The position numbers and the translations under genes were made by a program. Shown piece by piece: positions 48,984 to 59,095 of a DNA stretch of 64,000 bases (position 1 is its first letter; every line of letters starts with the position of its first letter). The stretch lies in assembly GCA_024642045.1 (NCBI GenBank), contig JAHEBX010000001.1:17590-81589 (forward strand). The letters are read 5' to 3'. The notes beneath the pieces were generated by a model. The model was given only the letters and a program-made list of their open reading frames with translations, ran no database searches and was not told the origin of the DNA. The stretch is from Pseudorhodobacter sp. GTDB lineage: Bacteria; Pseudomonadota; Alphaproteobacteria; Rhodobacterales; Rhodobacteraceae.

Positions 48984-49847
48984 ATGCGTCTGCGTCTTGG
49001 CAGAACTCTAATCACCGCCGCCGCAATGGTCGTCACGGCGAGCTCTGTGGCCCATTCTGATGCCGTTGAAGGTGTCGATCTGGTGATCAACGAAGACATT
49101 ACCCTCGTCACCCGCGCAGCACCGCCAGCTTCACTGGATGGCGCGCTGCCGGAAATTCTGTCGGGCTGGCTCTTTCGCGAAGGCGAAACCCGTGCGATGG
49201 AAATGGACGATTTTTCCAACCCCGCTATGGTCTTTGTCGATCAGGGTATGGATATGTGGAACAAGGTCGATGGCACCGAGGGTAAATCCTGCGCCTCTTG
49301 CCACGAAGACATCTCCAGCCTGAAAGCGTCACGGGCCTCGATGCCCAAGATGAACGAAAAAGGCGACGATCTGTGGTCGATGGAGAACTTCATCAATAAC
49401 TGCCGCACCACGCGAATGGGTGCGGAAGAGTGGAAGTGGTCGGGCGACGATATGAAAAACATGACGGCCGCCATCTCGATGGCGGGGCGTGGTGAATTGG
49501 TGCATCCCAAGATCGACGGTGCGGCTGCTGACTGGTGGCAAAAGGGCAAAGACCTTTACTACACCCGTTTTGGTCAGCTGGAACTTTCGTGCGCCTCCTG
49601 CCACGAGAAGAACTATGGCCACATGATCCGCGCCGATCACCTGAGCCAGGGCCAACTGAGCGGCTTTCCGGTTTACCGGCTGAAGGATGCAGGACTGGTC
49701 TCTATCCAACAACGCTTCAAAGGCTGTGTGCGTGACACACGGGCTGAAACGTTCAAGGAAGGCTCGCCCGAATTCCGCGCGCTGGAGCTTTATGTCGCCT
49801 CGCGCGGTGACGGGCTTTCGGTCGAGGGCGTCGGCGTTCGCCCCTAA
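48984..49847 (+). CDS. soxA: Dihaem SoxA (L-cysteine S-thiosulfotransferase)
   Basis: Two CASCH haem motifs, RADHLSQG, RFKGCVRDTRAE, LELYVASRG. Confidence 0.93.
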   Translation: MRLRLGRTLITAAAMVVTASSVAHSDAVEGVDLVINEDITLVTRAAPPASLDGALPEILSGWLFREGETRAMEMDDFSNPAMVFVDQGMDMWNKVDGTEGKSCASCHEDISSLKASRASMPKMNEKGDDLWSMENFINNCRTTRMGAEEWKWSGDDMKNMTAAISMAGRGELVHPKIDGAAADWWQKGKDLYYTRFGQLELSCASCHEKNYGHMIRADHLSQGQLSGFPVYRLKDAGLVSIQQRFKGCVRDTRAETFKEGSPEFRALELYVASRGDGLSVEGVGVRP

Positions 49848-49958
49848 GATTGCGTGGCGCGGGGAGGCCCCTCGCGCCATAGCTTCGGCCAAGTGCCAAG
49901 ACAGCATTGCATCCTTGGCAATCGCCGGATGTCAGACTGAATGACATAGGAGATACCA

Positions 49959-51650
49959 ATGATTTCGCGCCGCGAGTTTTTGCAGGCCTCTGTTGCCGCA
50001 TCTGCAATTTTGGGGGCCTCGGGCATCGGCAATTGGTCGCGGCTTGCGGCCCAGCAGGTGCTGACGCAGGATCAACTGCTGCAGTTTGACGACTTCGGCA
50101 ACGTCACCCTGATCCATATCACCGACATTCATGCCCAGCTCAAGCCGATCTGGTTCCGCGAACCCGAGATCAATATTGGTGTCGGGGAGGCGCGCGGCAA
50201 ACCCCCGCATGTGACGGGCGCGGATTTCGTCAAGATGTTCAATCTGCAACCCGCCTCGCCCGAGGCTTATGCTCTGACCTACGAAGACTTTGCTGCGCTG
50301 GGGAAGACTTACGGCAAGATGGGCGGCTTGGACCGCGTGGCCACGGTGGTGAAAGCCATCCGCGCCGCACGTCCTGACAGCATTCTGCTGGATGGTGGCG
50401 ACACATGGCACGGCTCGATGACTTCGCTGCTCACCAAAGGGCAGGATATGGTCAATGTGATGAACAAACTGGGTGTCGAGGCGATGACCAGCCATTGGGA
50501 ATGGACCTATGGCACCCAGCGGGTCAAGGAAATCGTCGACACCTTGCCCTTCCCCTTCCTTGGCGCGAATATCTTTGATGCGGAATGGGATGAACCGGCC
50601 TTTGATCCCTACAAGATGTTCGAAAAGGGCGGCGTCAAGGTTGCCGTGATCGGGCAGGCCTTCCCTTATATGCCGATTGCCAATCCCAAATGGATGTTCC
50701 CCGAGTATTCCTTTGGGATCCGGCAAGAGCGGATGCAGGAAATGGTGGATGAGGTTCGCGCCAAGGGTGCCGAACTGGTGGTGTGTCTGTCGCACAACGG
50801 TTTTGACGTGGACCGCAAGATGGCCGCGCAGGTGCAGGGCATCGACGTGATCCTGACGGGCCACACACATGACGCGATCCCCGAGCCGGTGCTGGTGGGC
50901 CAGACGATCCTGATCGCTTCGGGCTCGAACGGCAAATTCGTCAGCCGCGTTGATCTGGACGTACGCGACGGCAAGATGATGGGCTTTCGCCACAAGCTGA
51001 TCCCGATATTCTCGGACGTGATCACCCCTGACGCCGAGATGGCCGCAGTGATCGACGGTGAGCGCGAGCCCTTCAAGGCGCAGTTGGAAGAAGAGATTGG
51101 CACCACGGAAAGCCTGCTTTACCGCCGCGGAAATTTCAACGGCACATGGGATGATCTGATCTGTGATGCCGTGCGCTCGGAACGCGATGCGCAAATCGCC
51201 ATGTCACCCGGCGTGAGGTGGGGGCCTTCGGTGATGCCAGGCGAGGCGATCACCCGCGAGGATATCCACAACGCCACCTCGATGACCTATGGACAGGTCT
51301 ATCGCACAGAGATGACCGGCGAAACGATCAATACCATCCTTGAGGATGTCGCTGACAATCTGTTCAACACCGACCCCTATTACCAGCAGGGCGGTGACAT
51401 GGTGCGCGTGGGTGGCCTTGGCTATCACATTGATGTGTCGCAGAAAATCGGCGCGCGCATCAGCAACATGACGCTGCTTGCAACGGGCGAGGCCATTGAT
51501 GCCTCCAAATCCTACACAGTCGCGGGATGGGCGAGCGTCAATGAAGGCACCGAGGGGCCGCAGATCTGGGATGTGCTGGAGAGCCATATCCGCAAGATCG
51601 GCACTGTGAAGATCGAACCAAATACTTCGGTGGTCGTCACAGGTGCCTGA
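49959..51650 (+). CDS. soxB: Thiosulfohydrolase SoxB
   Basis: Tat SRREFL, HITDIHAQL, DGGDTW, SHNG, GHTHD, YRRGNF and YYQQGGDMVR motifs. Confidence 0.95.
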   Translation: MISRREFLQASVAASAILGASGIGNWSRLAAQQVLTQDQLLQFDDFGNVTLIHITDIHAQLKPIWFREPEINIGVGEARGKPPHVTGADFVKMFNLQPASPEAYALTYEDFAALGKTYGKMGGLDRVATVVKAIRAARPDSILLDGGDTWHGSMTSLLTKGQDMVNVMNKLGVEAMTSHWEWTYGTQRVKEIVDTLPFPFLGANIFDAEWDEPAFDPYKMFEKGGVKVAVIGQAFPYMPIANPKWMFPEYSFGIRQERMQEMVDEVRAKGAELVVCLSHNGFDVDRKMAAQVQGIDVILTGHTHDAIPEPVLVGQTILIASGSNGKFVSRVDLDVRDGKMMGFRHKLIPIFSDVITPDAEMAAVIDGEREPFKAQLEEEIGTTESLLYRRGNFNGTWDDLICDAVRSERDAQIAMSPGVRWGPSVMPGEAITREDIHNATSMTYGQVYRTEMTGETINTILEDVADNLFNTDPYYQQGGDMVRVGGLGYHIDVSQKIGARISNMTLLATGEAIDASKSYTVAGWASVNEGTEGPQIWDVLESHIRKIGTVKIEPNTSVVVTGA

Positions 51651-51688
51651 GCCTGCGACCGCGAAGAATGACCGTGAGGGAGGAAGAC

Positions 51689-52969
51689 ATGAGCGAAAGA
51701 CCAACCGAGAAACCTGAATTCGGCCCAACGCGGCGCGGATTTTTGCGCGCGAGCGTCGCGGGTGGTGCGCTGGTTGCGACGGGTGGGGCGGCATTTGCGC
51801 AAACCCCCGATCCGCTGATCACCGAGGTGCAACCTTGGGCGCGGGTGTTTGGGGACGGGATAGACGCCACGCCTTACGGTATGCCGATCCGATTTGAGAC
51901 AGATGTGATCCGTCGAAACGTCCCATGGCTGACGGCCGATGTGACCAGTTCGATCAACTTCACCCCGATTCATGCGCTGGACGGCACCATAACGCCGGCT
52001 GGCTGCGGTTTTGAGCGCCACCATTCCGGCGCGATCGAGCTTGCCAAGGAAGACTATCGCCTGATGATCAACGGACTGGTCGAAACGCCTTTGGTGTTCA
52101 CCTACGCTGATCTTGAACGCTTTCCACGCGAAAGCCGCGTGCATTTTCTGGAATGTGCGGCCAATAGTGGCATGGAATGGGCGGGCGCGCAGCTGAACGG
52201 GTCGCAGTTCACTCATGGCATGGTCCATAATATGGAATACACCGGCATTCCTCTGCGGCTTTTGCTGGAAGAGGCGGGTGTAAAGCCCGAGGGTAAGTGG
52301 ATATTGGTCGAAGGTGCCGATGCCTCGTCCAATGGCCGCTCGATCCCGATGGAAAAGGCGTTGGACGACTGTCTCGTCGCCTTCAAGGCCAATGGCGAGG
52401 CGCTGCGCAAAGAGCATGGCTATCCGGTTCGACTCGTGGTTCCGGGCTGGGAAGGCAATATGTGGGTCAAATGGCTGCGCCGCATTGAGGTCGGCGACAT
52501 GCCCTGGGAAACGCGTGAGGAAACCTCAAAATACACCGACACGATGGCAGACGGTTCCGCGCGAAAATGGACATGGATCATGGATGCCAAATCCGTGGTT
52601 ACCAGCCCAAGCCCGCAGATGCCGATCAAATCGGGGCCCGGTCCGGTGGTCATCACCGGCCTTGCGTGGTCGGGACGCGGCACAATCACCCGTGTCGATG
52701 TCTCGATGGATGGTGGCAAGACGTGGCACGAGGCGCGGCTGCAACCGCATAGCCACGACAAGGCGTTGCACCGCTTCTACTTTGATCACGTCTGGGACGG
52801 CTCCGAGATGCTGCTGCAATCGCGCGCCACCGACAGCACTGGTTATGTTCAGCCGACCAAGAATGCGCTGAGAGCCATTCGGGGCCTGAACTCGGTCTAT
52901 CACAACAACGGCATTCAAACTTGGTGGGTCAAGTCGGATGGGGAGGCAGAAAATGTCGAAGTTTCCTAA
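51689..52969 (+). CDS. soxC: Sulfane dehydrogenase molybdoprotein SoxC
   Basis: Tat RRGFL, FERHHSG, Moco Cys in LECAANS, GYPVRL, PGWEGN. Confidence 0.93.
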   Translation: MSERPTEKPEFGPTRRGFLRASVAGGALVATGGAAFAQTPDPLITEVQPWARVFGDGIDATPYGMPIRFETDVIRRNVPWLTADVTSSINFTPIHALDGTITPAGCGFERHHSGAIELAKEDYRLMINGLVETPLVFTYADLERFPRESRVHFLECAANSGMEWAGAQLNGSQFTHGMVHNMEYTGIPLRLLLEEAGVKPEGKWILVEGADASSNGRSIPMEKALDDCLVAFKANGEALRKEHGYPVRLVVPGWEGNMWVKWLRRIEVGDMPWETREETSKYTDTMADGSARKWTWIMDAKSVVTSPSPQMPIKSGPGPVVITGLAWSGRGTITRVDVSMDGGKTWHEARLQPHSHDKALHRFYFDHVWDGSEMLLQSRATDSTGYVQPTKNALRAIRGLNSVYHNNGIQTWWVKSDGEAENVEVS

Positions 52970-53993
52970 GGTTGCGCTTGGCCTCGTGCTGACGACAGTT
53001 CTGGCTATGCCCGCATTTGCAGAAAAAATGGGCCTTGGCAGGCCTGCTCTTGCTGCTGAAATCGACGCTTGGAACCATGACGTGCGCCCTGATGGCCAAG
53101 GCTTGCCCGAGGGTTCGGGGGACGTCGCGACAGGCGAGACGCTGTTTTCTGCCAACTGCGCCGCGTGTCATGGCGAATTCGCCGAGGGTGTCGATAACTG
53201 GCCCAAACTGGCCGGCGGCGCCGGCACGCTGGCCGATCAGGACCCGTTGAAAACCGTGGGGTCATATTGGCCTTACCTCTCGACGACATTCGACTATGTG
53301 CATCGCTCGATGCCCTATGGAAATGCGCAAACACTTGAACCGAATGATGTTTATGCCATTTTGGCCTATATCCTTTATTCGAACGACCTTGTGGGCGAGG
53401 ATTTCACGCTGTCGAAAGAGAATTTCCTCGACGTGAAGATGCCCAATGCCGATGGCTTCTTTGTCGACAACCGCGAAACCGTTGAGTTGCCAGAGTTTTC
53501 CAAACCGGCCTGCATGGAAAACTGCAAGGATAAGGTCGAAATTACGGCCTATGCCTCGGTGCTTGACGTGACGCCGGATGAAAAGAAGGCAACCGAACCT
53601 GTGCCTGCGGTCGTCGCTGACGCTGTTCCCGCAGCCGAACCTGCACCTGCCGTTGAAGTGGCCAGCGTTGATCCCGCCCTGATCGCGTCTGGTGAAAAGG
53701 TCTTCAAGAAATGTGCGGCTTGCCACAAGGTCGGTGAGGGCGCCAAGAACGGGGTCGGCCCAATGCTGAACGGCGTTGTGGGGCGTGCGGCTGGGGCGGT
53801 CGAGGGATACAAATACTCGGCGGCGATGGCTGATGCGGGGGCCAATGGCACTGTCTGGGATCCGGCGACGCTTGATACCTATCTGACCAACCCCAAGACG
53901 GCTATTCCAAAGAACAAAATGTCCTTTGCCGGCCTTCCAAAGCCAGAAGATCGCGCGGCGGTGATAGCTTACTTGGGCAGTTTCTCGCAGTGA
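52953..53993 (+). CDS. soxD: Dihaem cytochrome SoxD
   Basis: Two CAACH motifs, SYWPY, SMPY, Ala/Pro linker, C-terminal c2-like domain. Confidence 0.9.
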   Translation: MSKFPKVALGLVLTTVLAMPAFAEKMGLGRPALAAEIDAWNHDVRPDGQGLPEGSGDVATGETLFSANCAACHGEFAEGVDNWPKLAGGAGTLADQDPLKTVGSYWPYLSTTFDYVHRSMPYGNAQTLEPNDVYAILAYILYSNDLVGEDFTLSKENFLDVKMPNADGFFVDNRETVELPEFSKPACMENCKDKVEITAYASVLDVTPDEKKATEPVPAVVADAVPAAEPAPAVEVASVDPALIASGEKVFKKCAACHKVGEGAKNGVGPMLNGVVGRAAGAVEGYKYSAAMADAGANGTVWDPATLDTYLTNPKTAIPKNKMSFAGLPKPEDRAAVIAYLGSFSQ

Positions 53994-54048
53994 ACCAGGC
54001 GGGCGGGCGGCCATTGGTCGCCCGTTTCGGCCTATCGGAGACGAGCCT

Positions 54049-55302
54049 ATGGCCCTGAACAGACGTCACTTTCTGAGCGTTGGTCTTGCTGGCACGGCTT
54101 TGCTGCAAGCGCCGATGCTATTGGCGCAGACGGTCTTTCATGTGGTTGTTGTCGGTGGCGGGGCAGGGGGCGCGACGGTCGCGCGCCTGCTTGCCAGTTC
54201 GGGTGTTCGGGTGAGCCTGGTCGAACCCAATCCCAAGTATCACACCTGCTTTTTGTCCAACCTTTTTTTGGGTGGGCTGCGCGATCATCAAGGCTTTGTT
54301 TTTGGCTATGAGGCCTTGGTCGCGGCAGGTGTGACGCTGGTGCAAAGCCGCGTCGTCGGGGTTGATCGGGACGTAAAGTCGGTCAGCCTCGATACGGGTG
54401 AGGTTCTGGCTTATGATCGGCTCGTGCTGGCGCCCGGCATTGATTTTCGGGAAGGCGCGGTGCCTGGGTGGTCGCTCGCTGATGCGCAACGCATGCCGCA
54501 TGCGTACAAAGAGCAAGATCAAACCCAGCTCTTGCGCGACCAGATCGATGCGATGCCGCGGGGCGGAACTTTTGCGATGCTGGCACCGCCCAATCCTTAC
54601 CGCTGCCCGCCTGCGCCATATGAACGCATCTCAATGATTGCGCATCGGTTAGAGCGAACCAACCCGACCGCAAAGATCCTGATCTTTGACCCAAAAGACA
54701 AGTTCACCAAGCAGACCCTGTTCGAGAACGCTTGGGGTAAATACTACAACGGCATGATCACCTGGTTTGGCCCCGATTTCGGTGCGGATGCTGTCGAAGT
54801 GCGTCCCGATGCGATGGAAGTTATTGTCGATGGTGACGTTCAGGCCGTCGATGTCTGCAACGTCATCCCCGCCCAGATCGCAGGTGCTGTCGCCCATCTC
54901 GCAGGTGTCACCGATGAGACCGGCTGGGCGCCAGTCGACGCCTTTTCCCTGCGCAGCAAGCTGGATCCGTTGGTCTCTGTGATTGGCGACAGTGCATCCC
55001 AAGGCGACATGCCGAAATCGGCCTTTGCCGCAAACAGCCACGCCCATGCTGCAGCAAGCGCAATCCTTGCCGAAATGGTGGGCAACGCGGCCCCACCGCC
55101 CAGCTATGCAAATGCCTGTTGGTCACTGCTGGCACCAAACGATGCGGTCAAGATCACCGAGACATTTCACGCCACCGCCGAAAAGATCGTGTCAGACGAG
55201 ATTTACATCAGCGCTCCAAACGAGCCCGCTGAAACCCGCCGCGCTACTGCCGAAGAAGGTTTGGCTTGGTATGAGGGCATAACAGCCGACATCTTTGGCT
55301 AA
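54049..55302 (+). CDS. soxF: Flavocytochrome c sulfide dehydrogenase flavoprotein (SoxF/FccB-like)
   Basis: Tat NRRHFL, VVGGGAGG, YRCPPAPYER, GDS...MPKSAFAANS, second Cys in ANACWS. Confidence 0.85.
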   Translation: MALNRRHFLSVGLAGTALLQAPMLLAQTVFHVVVVGGGAGGATVARLLASSGVRVSLVEPNPKYHTCFLSNLFLGGLRDHQGFVFGYEALVAAGVTLVQSRVVGVDRDVKSVSLDTGEVLAYDRLVLAPGIDFREGAVPGWSLADAQRMPHAYKEQDQTQLLRDQIDAMPRGGTFAMLAPPNPYRCPPAPYERISMIAHRLERTNPTAKILIFDPKDKFTKQTLFENAWGKYYNGMITWFGPDFGADAVEVRPDAMEVIVDGDVQAVDVCNVIPAQIAGAVAHLAGVTDETGWAPVDAFSLRSKLDPLVSVIGDSASQGDMPKSAFAANSHAHAAASAILAEMVGNAAPPPSYANACWSLLAPNDAVKITETFHATAEKIVSDEIYISAPNEPAETRRATAEEGLAWYEGITADIFG

Positions 55303-55314
55303 GAAGGATACATC

Positions 55315-56223
55315 ATGCAGATCACGCGTCGTCACTTTCTTACATCGGCTCTGGCTACCAGTGCTGCGCCACAATTGCTGTGGGCAAGCACTCAGGCACA
55401 GCTGGGCAACATGCAGATTGACTCGTTGTCTGATGGCAATCTGACGTTGCCAGCGGCGTTCATCTTGGGTGGAATGCCCACGGATGAGCTTGCGACGATT
55501 GTTGCCAAATATGGGTTGCAAGCTGGCAGTCTGACGCCACCTTGCAATGTGACCCTGCTGCGTTACGCAGATCGGAAGGTCATTTTCGATGTCGGCGCGG
55601 GTCCTGATTTCCAACCGACCGCGGGAAAGCTCGCCTCAGCATTCGATGCCTTGGGTGTAAGCGCCGATGAAATCACCGATGTTGTTTTTACTCACGGCCA
55701 TCCGGATCACCTGTGGGGGCTGCTGGATGAGTTTGACGAACCGGTTTTTGCCAATGCAGCGCATCATTTCGGGCAGGTTGAATTCGACTATTGGACCGAC
55801 CCCAATACGGTCAGCACAATTGGCACCGAGCGGACGACGTTTGCCGTAGGGGCTGCGCGCAGGCTGAGTGCCTTCGCAGATCACTTCAGCTTCTTTAACG
55901 ACGGAGAAGAGATTTTGCCTGGCGTGGCCGCTCGCGCCACTGTTGGCCACACGCCGGGCCATATGTCATTCGAGCTGCGCGATGGGTCGCAATCAATGCT
56001 GGTGGTTGGGGATGCTTTGGGCAATCACCATGTCGCTTTTGAGCGGCCCGGTTGGGTGTCAAATTCGGATCAGGACGGCCCAACCGCTGCAAAAACGCGG
56101 CTTGGCCTGCTGGATCAGCTAGCCGCCGAGCAGATGCCTTTTCTGGGGTTCCATCTGCCCGAAGGCGGCATCGGTCGCGCAGAACGCATGGGCGACAGCT
56201 ATCGCTTTGTCGCCGCCACTTAG
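55315..56223 (+). CDS. Tat-exported MBL-fold metallo-hydrolase
   Basis: TRRHFL, THGHPDHLWG, GHTPGH and GFHLP motifs. Confidence 0.85.
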   Translation: MQITRRHFLTSALATSAAPQLLWASTQAQLGNMQIDSLSDGNLTLPAAFILGGMPTDELATIVAKYGLQAGSLTPPCNVTLLRYADRKVIFDVGAGPDFQPTAGKLASAFDALGVSADEITDVVFTHGHPDHLWGLLDEFDEPVFANAAHHFGQVEFDYWTDPNTVSTIGTERTTFAVGAARRLSAFADHFSFFNDGEEILPGVAARATVGHTPGHMSFELRDGSQSMLVVGDALGNHHVAFERPGWVSNSDQDGPTAAKTRLGLLDQLAAEQMPFLGFHLPEGGIGRAERMGDSYRFVAAT

Positions 56224-57266
56224 GCCGGCTGGTCGATGAAATAGTCGGCGGCCATCGCGCCGGCCCACATGCAAAACAGTGCAAGCCAAGCGGTAGCGAC
56301 AAAGATCGACCCGCCGGTCACACCTGCGCCGATTGCGCAGCCGCCTGCCAGCATCGCGCCAAAGCCCATCATCGCCGCTCCTAACATCGAGCGACGCATC
56401 GCGCTTTCGGAATTGAAGCCTTCAAAGCGAAACGTGCCGGCAAACAGGGCCGAGGTTGCCGCCCCCGCAAAAACCCCGGCGATCAGACCTACGTCGAAAT
56501 CCAGCGCTGGCAGCGGCACCAGAAAAAACATGAGCGTCTTTGCTGAAGGCCCGCTGAATGTGACCGAGGTGATGGCGACGGGATCAAAGGCGATCTGCGC
56601 AAGTCGAAACGTCATGATCCATCCCAATGCCACCGAAAAGCCCACGCCAGAGGCAAAGATCAACACCTGCCAGCCAATCCGGTTCTTGCGCGCCAATAAC
56701 AATGCGATGGCGGCGATCAGAACGCCAATCGCAAGCCCGGCCTCATGAGGCAGCTGGACGAGTGTTGTCAGCTCTACATTCCTTCCGCCCGGCGTCACCC
56801 ATAGCCGCGCAATCCAGTCGCGCACTGGCGAAAGCCAGCCATGCAGACTCATTTGCGCAACCACCGCAAAGATCAGACCCGAAACGACCGAGCGCAAATT
56901 GCCAGAGGCCGCCAGTACCAAAAGCCGCCCCGAGCAGCCGCGAGCCAGCACCATGCCCACGCCGAACATGAGCCCACCAAAGATCGCGCCGGACCAAGAA
57001 CCCGCGACAGACATCATCCGCGACTGGTCTGCATTGAAGAGCCCCAACATCTGCGCGCTTTGAACCCAGATGACGGCGGTCGAAAAGGTCAAAAGCCAGA
57101 CGGCCATCCGCGTACCAAGTTGGCCTCGCGCAACCTCGACCGTTGCAGCGCGCAGGCAAAACGAAGAACGCTGCGCGGCCACGCCAAAGACAAGTCCGGT
57201 CAAGACCCCGAACAGCGCGGCTGTCGCAGGTTCGCCAAGGCTGTCTGCCAATATCTGGATATCCAT
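56220..57266 (-). CDS. YeeE/YedE (TsuA/SoxT-like) sulfur compound transporter
   Basis: Three Cys motifs SSFCLR, ARGCSGR and AGGCAIG; multi-TM. Confidence 0.87.
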   Translation of the reverse strand: MDIQILADSLGEPATAALFGVLTGLVFGVAAQRSSFCLRAATVEVARGQLGTRMAVWLLTFSTAVIWVQSAQMLGLFNADQSRMMSVAGSWSGAIFGGLMFGVGMVLARGCSGRLLVLAASGNLRSVVSGLIFAVVAQMSLHGWLSPVRDWIARLWVTPGGRNVELTTLVQLPHEAGLAIGVLIAAIALLLARKNRIGWQVLIFASGVGFSVALGWIMTFRLAQIAFDPVAITSVTFSGPSAKTLMFFLVPLPALDFDVGLIAGVFAGAATSALFAGTFRFEGFNSESAMRRSMLGAAMMGFGAMLAGGCAIGAGVTGGSIFVATAWLALFCMWAGAMAADYFIDQPA

Positions 57267-57638
57267 TCAAGGCTCCGCAAAAATACACCTCCAACAATGT
57301 CAGGCGCCGCAGCATAGGGCCTTGATACAGATCAGAGGCGTTATTGTTGAACGGACAAGCGCCCACATTAGCCTCGGTTTCGAGGCAGGATATGTCCCGG
57401 GGTGAAAGAAGTAATGCCGCTGACGCACCTCTTGCCGCGTGCAATCAGGGGTCAGGTCGTTCCTGTCTCATTTCCCAAACATCAAGTTGGCTGCAAGACG
57501 GGCCTTCGGGTTTGTTGCGTCGGGGCTGGCAGCTGAGCCCATAACGGCCCTAAGACTCGCAGATCAATTCCGCAGCGTGACAAAGTGTGGGGTCCGTGGC
57601 ATCACGCGTCCTAACCGTATTTGCCAGGAGCCTGTTCG

Positions 57639-58325
57639 ATGTCCTTTGACCGTTCCATCAAGATCGCCCCCTCGATCCTTTCGGCCGATTTCGCCGACTT
57701 TGGCCGCGAAATCCAAGCGATTGAGGCGCAGGGTGCCGACTGGGTGCATGTCGATGTGATGGATGGGCATTTTGTGCCCAACATCACCTTTGGCCCGCCC
57801 GCGGTTGCGGCCTTTCGCAAACATGTCCAGACCGTGATGGACGTTCACATCATGATCTCGCCCGTCGATGCCTATATCGATGCCTTTGCGGCGGCGGGGA
57901 CAGATATTCTGACGCCGCATGTCGAGGCGGGGCCGCATATTCATCGCACGCTTCAGGCCATTCGCGGCGCAGGAATGAAGGCGGGAGTAGCGCTCAACCC
58001 AGGCACTCCGGCAGAGGCGGTGAGGCATCTGTTGGATCTGACCGATCTGATCTGCGTGATGACCGTGAACCCCGGATTTGGCGGGCAGAAGTTCATCGAC
58101 ATGACAGCCAAGATCCGCGCCCTGCGTGAGATGATCGGGGATCGCCCGATTCATATTGAAATCGACGGCGGGATGACGCCAGAGACCGCGCCACTCGTGG
58201 CCGCTGCCGGGGCGGATGTTTTGGTTGCGGGTTCAGCGGTGTTTAAAGGTGGCTCTGTCGCCAATCCCGCCGCCTATGGCACGAATATCCGTGCGATCCG
58301 CGCGGCAGCCGAAGCGGCGCGGTAA
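57639..58325 (+). CDS. rpe: Ribulose-phosphate 3-epimerase
   Basis: IAPSILSADF, HVDVMDGHFVPN, MTVNPGFGGQ and EIDGG motifs. Confidence 0.96.
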   Translation: MSFDRSIKIAPSILSADFADFGREIQAIEAQGADWVHVDVMDGHFVPNITFGPPAVAAFRKHVQTVMDVHIMISPVDAYIDAFAAAGTDILTPHVEAGPHIHRTLQAIRGAGMKAGVALNPGTPAEAVRHLLDLTDLICVMTVNPGFGGQKFIDMTAKIRALREMIGDRPIHIEIDGGMTPETAPLVAAAGADVLVAGSAVFKGGSVANPAAYGTNIRAIRAAAEAAR

Positions 58326-58329
58326 ACTG

Positions 58330-58968
58330 ATGGCGCGGATTGTTTTCGATCTGGACGGCACTTTGGTTGACAGTGCGCCCGACATTTGCACAGCCGTAAA
58401 CCTGATGCTGGACCAAGAAGGTTTGGCGCGTCTGAGTTTGCCCGAAGTGGTGTCTTTTGTTGGCAATGGATTGCCGCATCTTGTGAGCCTGATTATGAGC
58501 GCGCGTGAGATTGATCTGGCGCGACACGGAGAGCTTACGTTGCGCGTGGCGGGTCACTATGATGCGGTGAACGGGCAGCAGACAGTACTTTATCCAAATG
58601 TTGCAGAGGCTCTCTCGGCCCTGAAACTGGCGGGCCACAGCCTTGCGCTTTGCACCAACAAACCCGAAGCACCCGCACGCCACTGCCTCTTGCAAATGGG
58701 GCTGAGGGATCATTTTGATCAGGTGATCGGCGGTGACAGCTTGCCGTACCGTAAACCCGACCCCCGGCCGCTGCGCGCCTGCACCCCCGATATCTTTGTC
58801 GGGGACAGTGACGTCGATGCCGAAACCGCGACCCGCGCGGGTGTGCCCTTTATCCTCTTCACCGAAGGATACCGCAAGACCGCGCTGGCTGAGTTGCCGC
58901 ATCGCGTCAGCTTTTCCGATTTTGCGGTATTGCCAGCGCTTGTTGAAAGCCTTGTCAGATCAGCCTAA
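58330..58968 (+). CDS. gph: Phosphoglycolate phosphatase (HAD)
   Basis: FDLDGTLVDS, CTNKP, KPDP, VGDSDVD, FTEGY motifs. Confidence 0.87.
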   Translation: MARIVFDLDGTLVDSAPDICTAVNLMLDQEGLARLSLPEVVSFVGNGLPHLVSLIMSAREIDLARHGELTLRVAGHYDAVNGQQTVLYPNVAEALSALKLAGHSLALCTNKPEAPARHCLLQMGLRDHFDQVIGGDSLPYRKPDPRPLRACTPDIFVGDSDVDAETATRAGVPFILFTEGYRKTALAELPHRVSFSDFAVLPALVESLVRSA

Positions 58969-59095
58969 GGGGGTTGATTTTCGCTCTGTAAGCCCCTCGG
59001 TATGGTGCGCGATACAATTTTAGTGCCCTGACTTGATTTGTGTCAGGATTTGCAGTGTCTTTTTCACTTTCGCCGTCGGGGCGCTGGAGGTTCAT

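Noticed and set aside
49932-51194. 420 aa - strand ORF, and similar long antisense ORFs such as 18142-19287, 14406-15470, 11030-12016 and 6963-7958
   Set aside because: Each lies opposite a well-supported gene and has no recognisable domain or RBS
57639-58968. rpe-gph as a Calvin cycle (cbbE/cbbZ) module
   Set aside because: No cbbL, cbbM, prk, fbp or cbbR nearby; housekeeping context next to atp
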